Below are positions 55,789 through 64,000 of a stretch of 64,000 nucleotides of DNA, piece by piece; position 1 is the first letter of the stretch, and each line of letters begins with the position of its first letter. This DNA is from Candidatus Sulfotelmatobacter sp. (lineage in GTDB: Bacteria; Acidobacteriota; Terriglobia; Terriglobales; Acidobacteriaceae). The stretch spans positions 2,134 through 66,133 of the forward strand of contig DASTCU010000219.1 in assembly GCA_035710825.1 (NCBI GenBank). Reading direction: 5' to 3'. The notes beneath the pieces are model-generated. The model saw only the letters and a program-made list of their open reading frames with translations, did not search any database and had not been told where the DNA came from. A program made the position numbers and the translations under genes.

Positions 55789-55824
55789 GTGGTCATCCCC
55801 CAGTTTCTTCGTAGCACATCTTTG

Positions 55825-55849
55825 TAGCGCCGGCGTCCCGCCGGCTGTC
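55825..55849. repeat. GC-rich palindromic (REP-like) element, copy 2, in the ilvB/ilvM-like spacer
   Basis: 25-nt identity with 47908..47932. Confidence 0.7.
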
Positions 55850-55883
55850 CGGCGGCCATCTTGGCCGCCGCCCCCGACGCCAC

Positions 55884-57587
55884 CTACTGCGTCGGTTCTT
55901 CCTCCAGCAACATCTCCGAAAGCGCCGCCCCGGCCGGCACCATCGGAAACACATTGGCTTCCGGTGCGCAGTCGAACACCAGCAACTCCGCCTCTGGAGA
56001 ATGCAAGAAACGATCAATCTGATCGCCTGTCTCCTGCGATACCGGGAATTCGCGCATGGCATCTTCTTTCATGCGAAAACTGTGAATCTTGTACGCCTTC
56101 GCGATCTCCACAAAATCCGGGTTGTCGCTCAAGTCGGTTTCGGCGTAGTTGCGCTCGTAGAACAGCTGCTGCCACTGCCGCACCATGCCCAAATATTTGT
56201 TGTCGATGATGACCATCTTCACCCGCAGCCCGAGACGGTGCACCGTAGCCAGTTCCTGGATGTTCATCTGAAATCCGCCGTCTCCGGAAACACACAGCAC
56301 GCACGTATCCGGCTTGGCGAGTTGCACACCAACAGCCGCCGGCAGAGCAAAGCCCATCGCTCCCAGTCCGCCCGAGGTAATAAAACCCCGCGGCGAGGAC
56401 GAGCGGTAGCGCTGCGCCGCCCACATCTGGTGCTGGCCCACGTCGGCCAGAATCACGCTGTCTTGCGGCAATCGACTGAAGAGCTCATCGAGGAAGCGAA
56501 TCGTCGGCTGCGCCAGCCCCCGCGGATCAAGTTCGGCTCGCTCTTCCCCGCACGCGACCGCACGCCACGAAGAAAAGTCAGGCAGAGTGTGCCGCCGCAA
56601 CTCCGCATGAAATGCAGGAATCGTGTCAGCAAGATTTCCAATCACCGGCAGATCGCACGGCCGCACGCGATCCAGTTGTGCCGGATCGATTTCAAAGTGA
56701 ACGATCTTGGCCTGCGGCGCAAACCGCCCCGGGTCGCCAGTCACCCGGTCATCCAGCCGCGCTCCGAAAACCAGCAACAGATCCGTTTCATGCAGCGCCA
56801 TGTTCGCGGCGCGCGTGCCGTGCATTCCCACCATCCCGAGGTAATACGGTGCTTCAGGCTGCACCGCACCTAAGCCGTGAACGGTCGCGAAGGTTGGGAT
56901 GTTCAAGTGACCGAGCAGCCGCCGCAGCTCAGGAACCGCCCCCGAAAGCTTTGCTCCTGCACCCACCAACGCAACCGGCTTCGCCGATTGCCGCAGCAAG
57001 GCCACGATGGTGTCAGTGAAGCCGCCATCTGCCTTCGCTTCCGCCGGCCGAGCGTGCGGCGTGAATTTCACCGGGCCGGAGAATTCCTTCTTGGCCTTCA
57101 GCATGTCCGTGGGAATGTCGATCACCACCGGTCCCGGACGCCCGCTGCGTGCCCAATGGAACCCTTCGGCAATCGCCTCGGGAATCTCATCCAGCGTGCG
57201 AACCAGCCGGCTCCACTTGGTCAGCGAAAGTGTCACGCCGAACACGTCGGTTTCCTGAAACGCATCCGTTCCGATCAGGGCGCTGCGCACCTGTCCCGTT
57301 ATGCAGACCAGGGGAACGGAATCCATCTTCGCATCGGCAATGCCTGTGACCAGATTCGTAGCACCCGGACCGCTGGTCGCCATCGCGACGCCAACCTTGC
57401 CCGTCACCCGCGCGTAGCCCTCAGCCGCGAATACCGCTCCCTGCTCGTGCCGGGTGAGAACGTGCCGCACGCCGCTGCCCTCAAGCGCGTCGTACAGCGG
57501 CATGATCGCGCCCCCCGGATAGCCGAATACCAGATCCACGCCCTCGGAGCGCAGGCACTGCAAAACGATGTCGGCTCCCTTAAGCAT
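55884..57587 (-). CDS. ilvB: acetolactate synthase large (catalytic) subunit
   Basis: ThDP enzyme motifs [28 protein letters not shown] and [15 protein letters not shown]...SGDGGFQMN. Confidence 0.95.
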   Translation of the reverse strand: MLKGADIVLQCLRSEGVDLVFGYPGGAIMPLYDALEGSGVRHVLTRHEQGAVFAAEGYARVTGKVGVAMATSGPGATNLVTGIADAKMDSVPLVCITGQVRSALIGTDAFQETDVFGVTLSLTKWSRLVRTLDEIPEAIAEGFHWARSGRPGPVVIDIPTDMLKAKKEFSGPVKFTPHARPAEAKADGGFTDTIVALLRQSAKPVALVGAGAKLSGAVPELRRLLGHLNIPTFATVHGLGAVQPEAPYYLGMVGMHGTRAANMALHETDLLLVFGARLDDRVTGDPGRFAPQAKIVHFEIDPAQLDRVRPCDLPVIGNLADTIPAFHAELRRHTLPDFSSWRAVACGEERAELDPRGLAQPTIRFLDELFSRLPQDSVILADVGQHQMWAAQRYRSSSPRGFITSGGLGAMGFALPAAVGVQLAKPDTCVLCVSGDGGFQMNIQELATVHRLGLRVKMVIIDNKYLGMVRQWQQLFYERNYAETDLSDNPDFVEIAKAYKIHSFRMKEDAMREFPVSQETGDQIDRFLHSPEAELLVFDCAPEANVFPMVPAGAALSEMLLEEEPTQ

Positions 57588-58629
57588 TCACCACCTGTTT
57601 TGTGGATTCCTTGGGAGCTTCCGCCGGCTTCTTCCCCTCTTTTGGCAGCCAACTCATCATGCTACGCAGTTGCGCGCCCACGATCTCGATGGGATGCTGC
57701 TTCTCGTTCTCTCGCAGCTTGTTGAAGTTCGGGCAGCCAGCCTGATTCTCGGCAATCCACTCCTTCGCGAATTTTCCGGACTGGATATCGGCGAGCGTCT
57801 TCTTCATCGCCTGCCGCGTAGCATCTCCGACCACCTGCTCGCCGCGTGTCAGATCGCCGTACTCGGCAGTATTCGAAATCGAGTAGCGCATCCGCGCCAA
57901 TCCGCCTTCGTATATCAGGTCGACGATGAGTTTTACTTCATGCAGGCATTCGAAATAGGCAATCTCGGGTGCGTAGCCAGCCTCAACCAGCGTCTCGAAT
58001 CCTTTTTTGATCAGCGACGTCAGCCCGCCGCACAGTACGGCTTGCTCACCGAACAGATCGCTCTCGGTTTCTTCTTTGAAAGTAGTCTCCAGCACCCCAG
58101 CCCGCGTCGAGCCAATGCCGTGTGCATAAGCCAGTCCGAGTTCGTGCCCGCGCCCGCTCGCATCCTGCTGAACCGCCAGCAGCGCCGGTACTCCGCGCCC
58201 CTCCGTATACACTCGCCGCACCAGATGTCCGGGACTCTTGGGAGCGATCATCACCACATCCACATCACTGGGCGGAACGATCGTTTTGAAGTGAATGCTG
58301 AACCCGTGCGAGACCCCGAGGACTTTTCCGGGATGCAGATACGGCTTGATGGACTTTTCGTAGAGCGCACCTTGCGTTTCGTCCGGCGTGAGCACGTGGA
58401 TCCAGTCCGCGCGCTTGGCTGCCTCGTCGGGCGCCACGACGACCATGCCGTCACCCCGCGCCTGCTGCGCACTTTGCCGGTTGGGATCGAGTCCGACGAT
58501 GACTTTGTGTCCGCTGTCGCGAAGATTCTGAGCCTGGGCGTGTCCCTGGCTGCCATAGCCAAGGATGGCGATCGTTTTGCCCTTCAGCACCTCAGGCTTG
58601 GCATCGCGTTCATAAAAAATAGTGACCAC
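57580..58629 (-). CDS. ilvC: ketol-acid reductoisomerase
   Basis: [21 protein letters not shown] and typical class I KARI length. GTG 58629 has GGAG upstream; the track ORF starts at 58653. The stop overlaps the ilvB start by 8 nt. Confidence 0.95.
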   Translation of the reverse strand: MVTIFYERDAKPEVLKGKTIAILGYGSQGHAQAQNLRDSGHKVIVGLDPNRQSAQQARGDGMVVVAPDEAAKRADWIHVLTPDETQGALYEKSIKPYLHPGKVLGVSHGFSIHFKTIVPPSDVDVVMIAPKSPGHLVRRVYTEGRGVPALLAVQQDASGRGHELGLAYAHGIGSTRAGVLETTFKEETESDLFGEQAVLCGGLTSLIKKGFETLVEAGYAPEIAYFECLHEVKLIVDLIYEGGLARMRYSISNTAEYGDLTRGEQVVGDATRQAMKKTLADIQSGKFAKEWIAENQAGCPNFNKLRENEKQHPIEIVGAQLRSMMSWLPKEGKKPAEAPKESTKQVVNA

Positions 58630-58759
58630 TATCGTGCTCCTCTCGTAGCACAAGGGGAGAATATAGCCCTTGTCTTTTGGGGATGGGACTTAATGTATCG
58701 CCCCAAACCTGGGAAACTACACATTGCCGCAAAACCGACCGGTCGGTCGGCATCTGAAG

Positions 58760-58788
58760 ATGCTACCCCGACCCTTTTCTAGTGTCAA
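58760..58788 (-). promoter_or_regulatory. candidate sigma70-type promoter of the ilvC operon
   Basis: The minus strand reads TTGACA-17 nt-TAGCAT. This is a match to consensus only. Confidence 0.3.
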
Positions 58789-58970
58789 CCAATAGATGGA
58801 CGCACCAACCTCGTCAGCCTGTCGCTCTCAAACAGGATGCCACTATCTTGCTCATAATCAGTAACTTATAACTTGTTGCCAGTCTGATTCAGCATTTCGC
58901 GTGTTTCTCAACTCCTCGTACGCTGTAGGATTGCGCTGCTCTTGCCGATGTATCACAGGAAGGTCCTGAC

Positions 58971-59846
58971 ATGCCAGACAAGCGCTCTACTATCGACAAA
59001 AATCACTCAGCCGATTCGGCCACACCAAAGGCCGAAGCCGCGAACAAGGCCTCCAAGCCCCTGCGCCTCGGCAAAGACTGCACCTATGACAATGAGCTCA
59101 CCCGCTTGCAGATCGAACTCGTGAAATTGCAGGAATGGATCAAAGATAAGGGACTGCGCGTGGTCGTGCTGTTCGAGGGCCGCGATGCTGCCGGCAAAGG
59201 CGGAGCCATCAAGCGCATCACTCAATGCCTCAATCCGCGAATTTGCCGGGTCGTCGCGCTGAGCACTCCCACGGAACGCGAGAAATCCCAGTGGTACTTC
59301 CAGCGTTACGTCGCGCACCTGCCCGCCGCCGGAGAAATAGTTTTATTCGACCGCAGTTGGTACAACCGCGCCGGCGTCGAGCACGTCATGGGCTTCTGTA
59401 CCGAGGCGGAATATCTGGAGTTCCTGCACAGTTGCCCGGAGTTCGAACGCATGCTGGTGCGCTCAGGAATCATCCTCATCAAATACTGGTTCTCGGTCAG
59501 CGACGAGGAGCAAGAACGCCGCTTTCAAGACCGGATGAATGATCCGACGAAGCGCTGGAAATTGAGTCCCATGGATCTCGAGTCTCGCCGTCGATGGGCG
59601 GAATACTCCAGGGCCAAGGATGAGATGTTCGCGGTCACCGACATCAAGCAGGCGCCCTGGTACGTGGTCAACGCGGAAAATAAAAAGTGTGCCCGGCTCA
59701 ACGTCATCCACCACCTGCTGTCGCTGATTCCCTACCGTGACCTGACTCCTGAGCGGCTCAAACTGCCGCCGCTCGACAAGACCAAGTACGTGCGTCCGCC
59801 CATCCAGGAGCAGAACTTCGTTCCCGAGTTGTACCGCGCCGGCTAA
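58971..59846 (+). CDS. ppk2: polyphosphate kinase 2
   Basis: PPK2 motifs VLFEGRDAAGKGGAIKRI and FDRSWYNRAGVE. Confidence 0.92.
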   Translation: MPDKRSTIDKNHSADSATPKAEAANKASKPLRLGKDCTYDNELTRLQIELVKLQEWIKDKGLRVVVLFEGRDAAGKGGAIKRITQCLNPRICRVVALSTPTEREKSQWYFQRYVAHLPAAGEIVLFDRSWYNRAGVEHVMGFCTEAEYLEFLHSCPEFERMLVRSGIILIKYWFSVSDEEQERRFQDRMNDPTKRWKLSPMDLESRRRWAEYSRAKDEMFAVTDIKQAPWYVVNAENKKCARLNVIHHLLSLIPYRDLTPERLKLPPLDKTKYVRPPIQEQNFVPELYRAG

Positions 59847-59914
59847 GCTCTACAGATCGCCACGACGGGCTAGCAATTGGCATTCCGGCCCGCAACTGTT
59901 TACCATGACACGCG

Positions 59915-60502
59915 ATGCCTCGCGAAGCTCTGGTAGATTCCCGGCAGGAGATCCTGCGTACCGCCGCACGCTTGTTCCAGCAGCGCGGCTACGACGCCAC
60001 CTCCATGAACGACGTCGCCGCGGCTCTCAAGCTCAGCAAAGGCGGGCTGTACCATCATTTCCAAAGCAAAGATGAAATCCTGTTCGAGATCATGAACCAC
60101 GCCATGGAGATCACTGAGGAACGCGTCCTCACTCCAGTACGCGGTATTGCTGATCCGGAAGAGCGGCTGCGAGCCTTGATCCGCCTGCACATCGAAGTTG
60201 TACTCAGTCCCCGGGATCGCGAAATCACCGTCATGCTGCACGAGAACCATCCCCTGCCTCCCGGCCTCCGCAAGCGCATCAACACGCGCAAGAAAGATTA
60301 CGTTCACTTTGTCGAGGACCTGATGGCGGACGTGCAACGCGCACGTCGCGCCAAAGGATCAGTCAGCCCTCGTGCTGCTGCCTTCGCGCTGCTCGGTATG
60401 ATCAACTGGATTTACCAGTGGTATAAGCCTGAAGGAAATCTGCAGGCCCATAGCCTGGTTCCGCAATTTACCGACCTGGTGTTCGGGGGCATTCTCGCGT
60501 GA
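59915..60502 (+). CDS. TetR/AcrR family transcriptional regulator
   Basis: N-terminal HTH ILRTAARLFQQRGYDATSMNDVAAALKLSKGGLYHHFQSKDEIL. Confidence 0.92.
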   Translation: MPREALVDSRQEILRTAARLFQQRGYDATSMNDVAAALKLSKGGLYHHFQSKDEILFEIMNHAMEITEERVLTPVRGIADPEERLRALIRLHIEVVLSPRDREITVMLHENHPLPPGLRKRINTRKKDYVHFVEDLMADVQRARRAKGSVSPRAAAFALLGMINWIYQWYKPEGNLQAHSLVPQFTDLVFGGILA

Positions 60503-60822
60503 AGGCTCTGTTCGCCAAGATCAACGAAATCGACCAGCAACGCATCGCGAACGGGAAGCTCTACCGGGAATTTCTGCGCGTGCCCTCGATGAGTGCCGGC
60601 CTGTACGTGCTGCCGGCCGGAGCTACCGATCCGCAGCGTCCCCATCATGAAGATGAGATGTACTACGTAATTCGAGGCCGAGCGCGTTTTCGGGCTGGCG
60701 ATCACGACCAGGAAGTTTCGGCCGGGACCGTGCTGTTCGTTGCGGCGGAACTAGAGCACCGCTTCTACGACGTCGCGGAAGAACTAGCAGTGCTGGTCTT
60801 CTTTGCCCCTGCGGAAACCTAA
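60499..60822 (+). CDS. cupin domain protein
   Basis: 107 aa with the cupin motif HHEDEMYYVIRGRARF...GTVLFVAAELEHRF. Its start overlaps the TetR stop. Confidence 0.8.
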   Translation: MKALFAKINEIDQQRIANGKLYREFLRVPSMSAGLYVLPAGATDPQRPHHEDEMYYVIRGRARFRAGDHDQEVSAGTVLFVAAELEHRFYDVAEELAVLVFFAPAET

Positions 60823-60884
60823 CGAAATCTCTGCGTGCTCTGCGAGGGGTCTCAGCGTCCTCTGCGGTTACGATTTCGCTAGCC

Positions 60885-61673
60885 CTATTTGTGCGGCGGT
60901 ATCCAGTAAACCTCTTCCTTAATAGCTTTCTTATCTACGAAGCCGCGCCTCTTTAGAATGGCTTTGCTGTGCTCGATCATCTCGGGATGCCCGCACAAAT
61001 ACGCCACCGTATTGCTGGCATCCAGTTCCCAATGGTCGGCGTACTTCCGCAGGATGTCGTCCGCCCGCCCGATCTCCCCCGGCCAATCCTCGTGGTCCCA
61101 CGGACGGCTCACCGTCGGCACATACTTGAACCACGGCAACTCCCTGTCAAACTGGTTCAGTTCCTCGAGGTATCCAAACTCCCACGGCCGGCTGGCGCCA
61201 TTCAGAAGGTAGAGTTTGTGGGACCCGTCGAATCGCCCTTCTTTCCAATCCTTCGATAAGGTTCGCACATAGCTGACAAACGGAGCGACCCCGGTAACGG
61301 TCGAAATCAGCAGATGATTTTTCTTCTCGCTCTGGGTATCAATCGAAAATTTTCCCTTGGGAATCTTCCGCATCAGCAGTTGGTCGCCCGGCTGCAATTG
61401 GTGCAGCAGAGGCGTCAGGGCGCCTTCCGGAACCAACTCAACGAAAAATTCCACTTCATCTTCAGACGGAGACGACACAATCGAATAGGGACGCTCGAGC
61501 CGCTTCCCGTTGTGTTCAAGTCCGAGGCTCGCGTACTGCCCCGGGACAAACCGGAAGTCCCCGCTGCTGCGGACGCGGAACATCCACAGATCGGGAGCGA
61601 AGTCCACGCGCCTGGTGACCTCTGCGCGGTAGAACTTTTCTTCAAGAATCGTTACTGGCCTGGCTGTACTCAT
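60885..61673 (-). CDS. ferredoxin-NADP(+) reductase (plant-type FNR family)
   Basis: FAD-binding RPYSIVS motif and NADP-binding region LISTVTGVAPF. 262 aa. Confidence 0.85.
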   Translation of the reverse strand: MSTARPVTILEEKFYRAEVTRRVDFAPDLWMFRVRSSGDFRFVPGQYASLGLEHNGKRLERPYSIVSSPSEDEVEFFVELVPEGALTPLLHQLQPGDQLLMRKIPKGKFSIDTQSEKKNHLLISTVTGVAPFVSYVRTLSKDWKEGRFDGSHKLYLLNGASRPWEFGYLEELNQFDRELPWFKYVPTVSRPWDHEDWPGEIGRADDILRKYADHWELDASNTVAYLCGHPEMIEHSKAILKRRGFVDKKAIKEEVYWIPPHK

Positions 61674-61927
61674 TTTGAAATGGCTGTCGAAAAAAATTAC
61701 TCACACAGTCCAGAGAACTGGACGAGATTCTTAGTCCTCTAATTATTTTGATGTCGGATCAGAGGTCCCGGACTCTGCTCTGCACTTCAGGCTCCATCCG
61801 AACGCTCACGCCGTCGGGTTGAGTTGCAATATCCTAGCCGGAAGCCGCCGCTATGGGAAGCACTTTCGCAATCTTGCACCGTGCGGGCACAGTTGCAGGG
61901 ACGTGTACGACTGAATTTTGCCGCGGG

Positions 61928-64000
61928 TCAGCGAACTTCGGACGACGCTTCCTCTGCCGCCAGTTGTTCCAGCACGGTGCGCAGCGATCGCAATACGTCC
62001 TCGGCGGCGCCAGCTTTCAACGCGAATTTCAACATGCCATCCGGAGTAAAGTTGGCACCGCGCTGCGCCGACACAAATCGGGCCAAATGCTCGGGATCAA
62101 CCGCGGCATTCTGGCGGAACTTGAACGTCACCGATTCGCGCTTGCGTTCGATCGCGTTCACTCCCACGCGCATGCACAGTAATTTGAGCGAAGCATAGTC
62201 AAGCAGGTTGCGCACCGCGGGCGGTGGCGGGCCATAGCGATCTTCCAACTCCGCCGCCACATCCGCCAGCTGCGATTCGGCTTCGACCCCTGCCACGCGC
62301 TTGTACATTCGCAGCCGCTGATTTTCCTCCGGGATATACTCCGCAGGAATCCGGATGTTGAGGCCCAGGTTGAGTTGAGTTTCGGCCTCGTCCGGCGCAG
62401 CTTCCCCTTTCATCTCGCGGACTGCACGATCCAGCATCTGCGTATAAAGTTCAAATCCCACGGCCTCGATGTGCCCACTCTGCTCGCCGCCGAGAAGGTT
62501 CCCTGCCCCGCGCAACTCCAGATCGAGCGCGGCAATCTTGAATCCCGCGCCCAGGTCGGAGAATTCCTTTAACGCTGCCAGCCGTCGTCGCGCAATCGGA
62601 GTGAGTTCGAGTTCCCGCGGAATCAGCAGATACGCATACGCACGCCGGTTCGAGCGCCCCACGCGCCCGCGCAACTGGTACAACTCTGAAAGCCCAAGCC
62701 GGTCCGCCCGGTTGATCAGAATCGTATTACAGAGCGGAATATCAAGGCCGTTTTCGATGATCGTAGTTGCAACCAGAATGTCGGCTTCGTGATGCATGAA
62801 TTTCAACATCACTTTTTCAAGTTCTGACTCGCCCATCTGGCCGTGGCCGACAGCGATGCGCGCCTTTGGAATCAACTCCTGCAACTTCGCCGCGATCTCC
62901 CAGATGCTCTCCACCCGGTTGTGCACGAAGTAGACCTGTCCGCCCCGTTCCAGTTCCTGCTCGATGGCCGACTGGATCAGCTTGTCATCCCAACTGGCGA
63001 CCACAGTCTGAATCGCCATACGATCTTTGGGCGGCGTTTCGATGACGCTCATGTCGCGCAGCCCCACCAGCGACATGTGCAGTGTCCGCGGGATCGGCGT
63101 AGCCGACATGGTGAGCACGTCCACCTGCTTCCGCATCTGCTTGATGCGTTCTTTGTGGCGCACGCCGAAGCGCTGCTCTTCGTCAACGATCAGCAGGCCG
63201 AGGTCGGAGAACTTAAGATCTTTCGACAGAATGCGGTGCGTGCCAATGAGGATGTCGATCTTCCCCGCTTCCGTCTTCTGCAGAATTTCTTTTTGCTGCT
63301 TGGGATTGCGGAAGCGGCTGATCATTTCGACCGTCACCGGAAATGGCCCGAAGCGCTGCTTGAACGTTTCGTAGTGCTGGAAAGCCAACACCGTGGTCGG
63401 CGCCAGCACGGCGACTTGCTTATTGTCGCTGATCGCTTTGAAAGCCGCGCGCATGGCGACTTCCGTCTTGCCGTAGCCAACATCGCCGCACAGCAACCGG
63501 TCCATGGGCTGCGACGATTCCATATCGTTCATGACATCGCTGATAGCCTGGGCCTGGTCTTCGGTCTCGCTGAACTCAAACGCATCCTCGAATTCGCGCA
63601 CGAATTCGTTGCCTGCCGGAAACGCGTGCCCCTGCGCCGTTTTGCGCTCGGCGTAGAGCTTGAGCAGTTCGTCGGCCATGTCTTTCATGGCCTTGCGCAC
63701 ACGTGCCTTTGTTTTCGACCAGGCCTGCGTCCCCAGATGGCTCAGCGCCGGCTTCGCCCCTTCCGACGACCGGTACTTCTGAATCAGGTCGAGCCTCGTC
63801 AGCGGGACATAAAGCCGCGCTCCCTCCGCGTATTCCAGCAGCATGAACTCCGCATTGCCGTCGCCCTGATTGATTTCCTTCAGCCCCTGATATTGCCCAA
63901 TCCCGTGCTCGACATGAACCACGTAATCTCCGACTTGCAGGTCGCGAAAGTCAGAGAGGAATGCCGACACTTTCGACTTCTGCCGCTGCGGCCGCGAGGC
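61928..64000 (-). CDS. mfd: transcription-repair coupling factor (N-terminus beyond the window end)
   Basis: CarD-like segment GDYVVHVEHGIGQY, helicase motifs LLCGDVGYGKTEVA, DEEQRFGV and QLRGRVGRS, and the TRCF C-terminal domain. The frame is open to position 64000. Confidence 0.95.
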   Translation of the reverse strand, partial: ASRPQRQKSKVSAFLSDFRDLQVGDYVVHVEHGIGQYQGLKEINQGDGNAEFMLLEYAEGARLYVPLTRLDLIQKYRSSEGAKPALSHLGTQAWSKTKARVRKAMKDMADELLKLYAERKTAQGHAFPAGNEFVREFEDAFEFSETEDQAQAISDVMNDMESSQPMDRLLCGDVGYGKTEVAMRAAFKAISDNKQVAVLAPTTVLAFQHYETFKQRFGPFPVTVEMISRFRNPKQQKEILQKTEAGKIDILIGTHRILSKDLKFSDLGLLIVDEEQRFGVRHKERIKQMRKQVDVLTMSATPIPRTLHMSLVGLRDMSVIETPPKDRMAIQTVVASWDDKLIQSAIEQELERGGQVYFVHNRVESIWEIAAKLQELIPKARIAVGHGQMGESELEKVMLKFMHHEADILVATTIIENGLDIPLCNTILINRADRLGLSELYQLRGRVGRSNRRAYAYLLIPRELELTPIARRRLAALKEFSDLGAGFKIAALDLELRGAGNLLGGEQSGHIEAVGFELYTQMLDRAVREMKGEAAPDEAETQLNLGLNIRIPAEYIPEENQRLRMYKRVAGVEAESQLADVAAELEDRYGPPPPAVRNLLDYASLKLLCMRVGVNAIERKRESVTFKFRQNAAVDPEHLARFVSAQRGANFTPDGMLKFALKAGAAEDVLRSLRTVLEQLAAEEASSEVR

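Overview
GC-rich bacterial chromosomal segment. The gene content (a Hanks kinase fused to a TolB-like propeller, a giant NHL/Ig surface protein, CRTAC1/ASPIC-UnbV, a secreted ThuA, several secreted orphan proteins) suggests Acidobacteriota of the Terriglobia type; this is inference only. I call about 50 protein genes and one tRNA-Ser(UGA). I saw no rRNA, CRISPR array, transposase, integrase or prophage genes. Housekeeping content: leuCD, an ilvC-ilvB-ilvM-like-ilvD block, a GAF-fused alpha-glucan phosphorylase, PPK2, ferredoxin-NADP reductase and Mfd (partial). Accessory content: a PQQ dehydrogenase/cytochrome c/ThuA sugar-oxidation cluster, two ABC exporters beside a NarL-type two-component system, an MdtABC-like RND pump, and a type III PKS-flavoprotein-YceI operon. 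Best hunt results: (1) A tightly coupled minus-strand operon at 1894-5994 encodes a previously untracked 55-aa peptide, a soluble S24/S26 peptidase, an HPr-kinase-like P-loop protein, a PqqD-type RRE, a radical SAM/SPASM enzyme and an NTP_transf_5 nucleotidyltransferase. This is a RiPP-like cluster that pairs lasso-type recognition and tailoring parts with a radical SAM maturase and has no lasso cyclase. (2) A Ser/Thr kinase lies next to an FHA-GAF-sigma54 activator, which is divergent from a perfect TGGCAC-N5-TTGCA promoter driving a 60-aa secreted two-Cys peptide gene that has its own terminator. (3) The branched-chain amino-acid operons contain noncoding repeats: an identical 25-nt GC-rich hairpin element in two intra-operon spacers, and an inverted array of GTTTCAAR octamers in front of ilvD. 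All functional calls come from reading motifs by eye; no database search was run.
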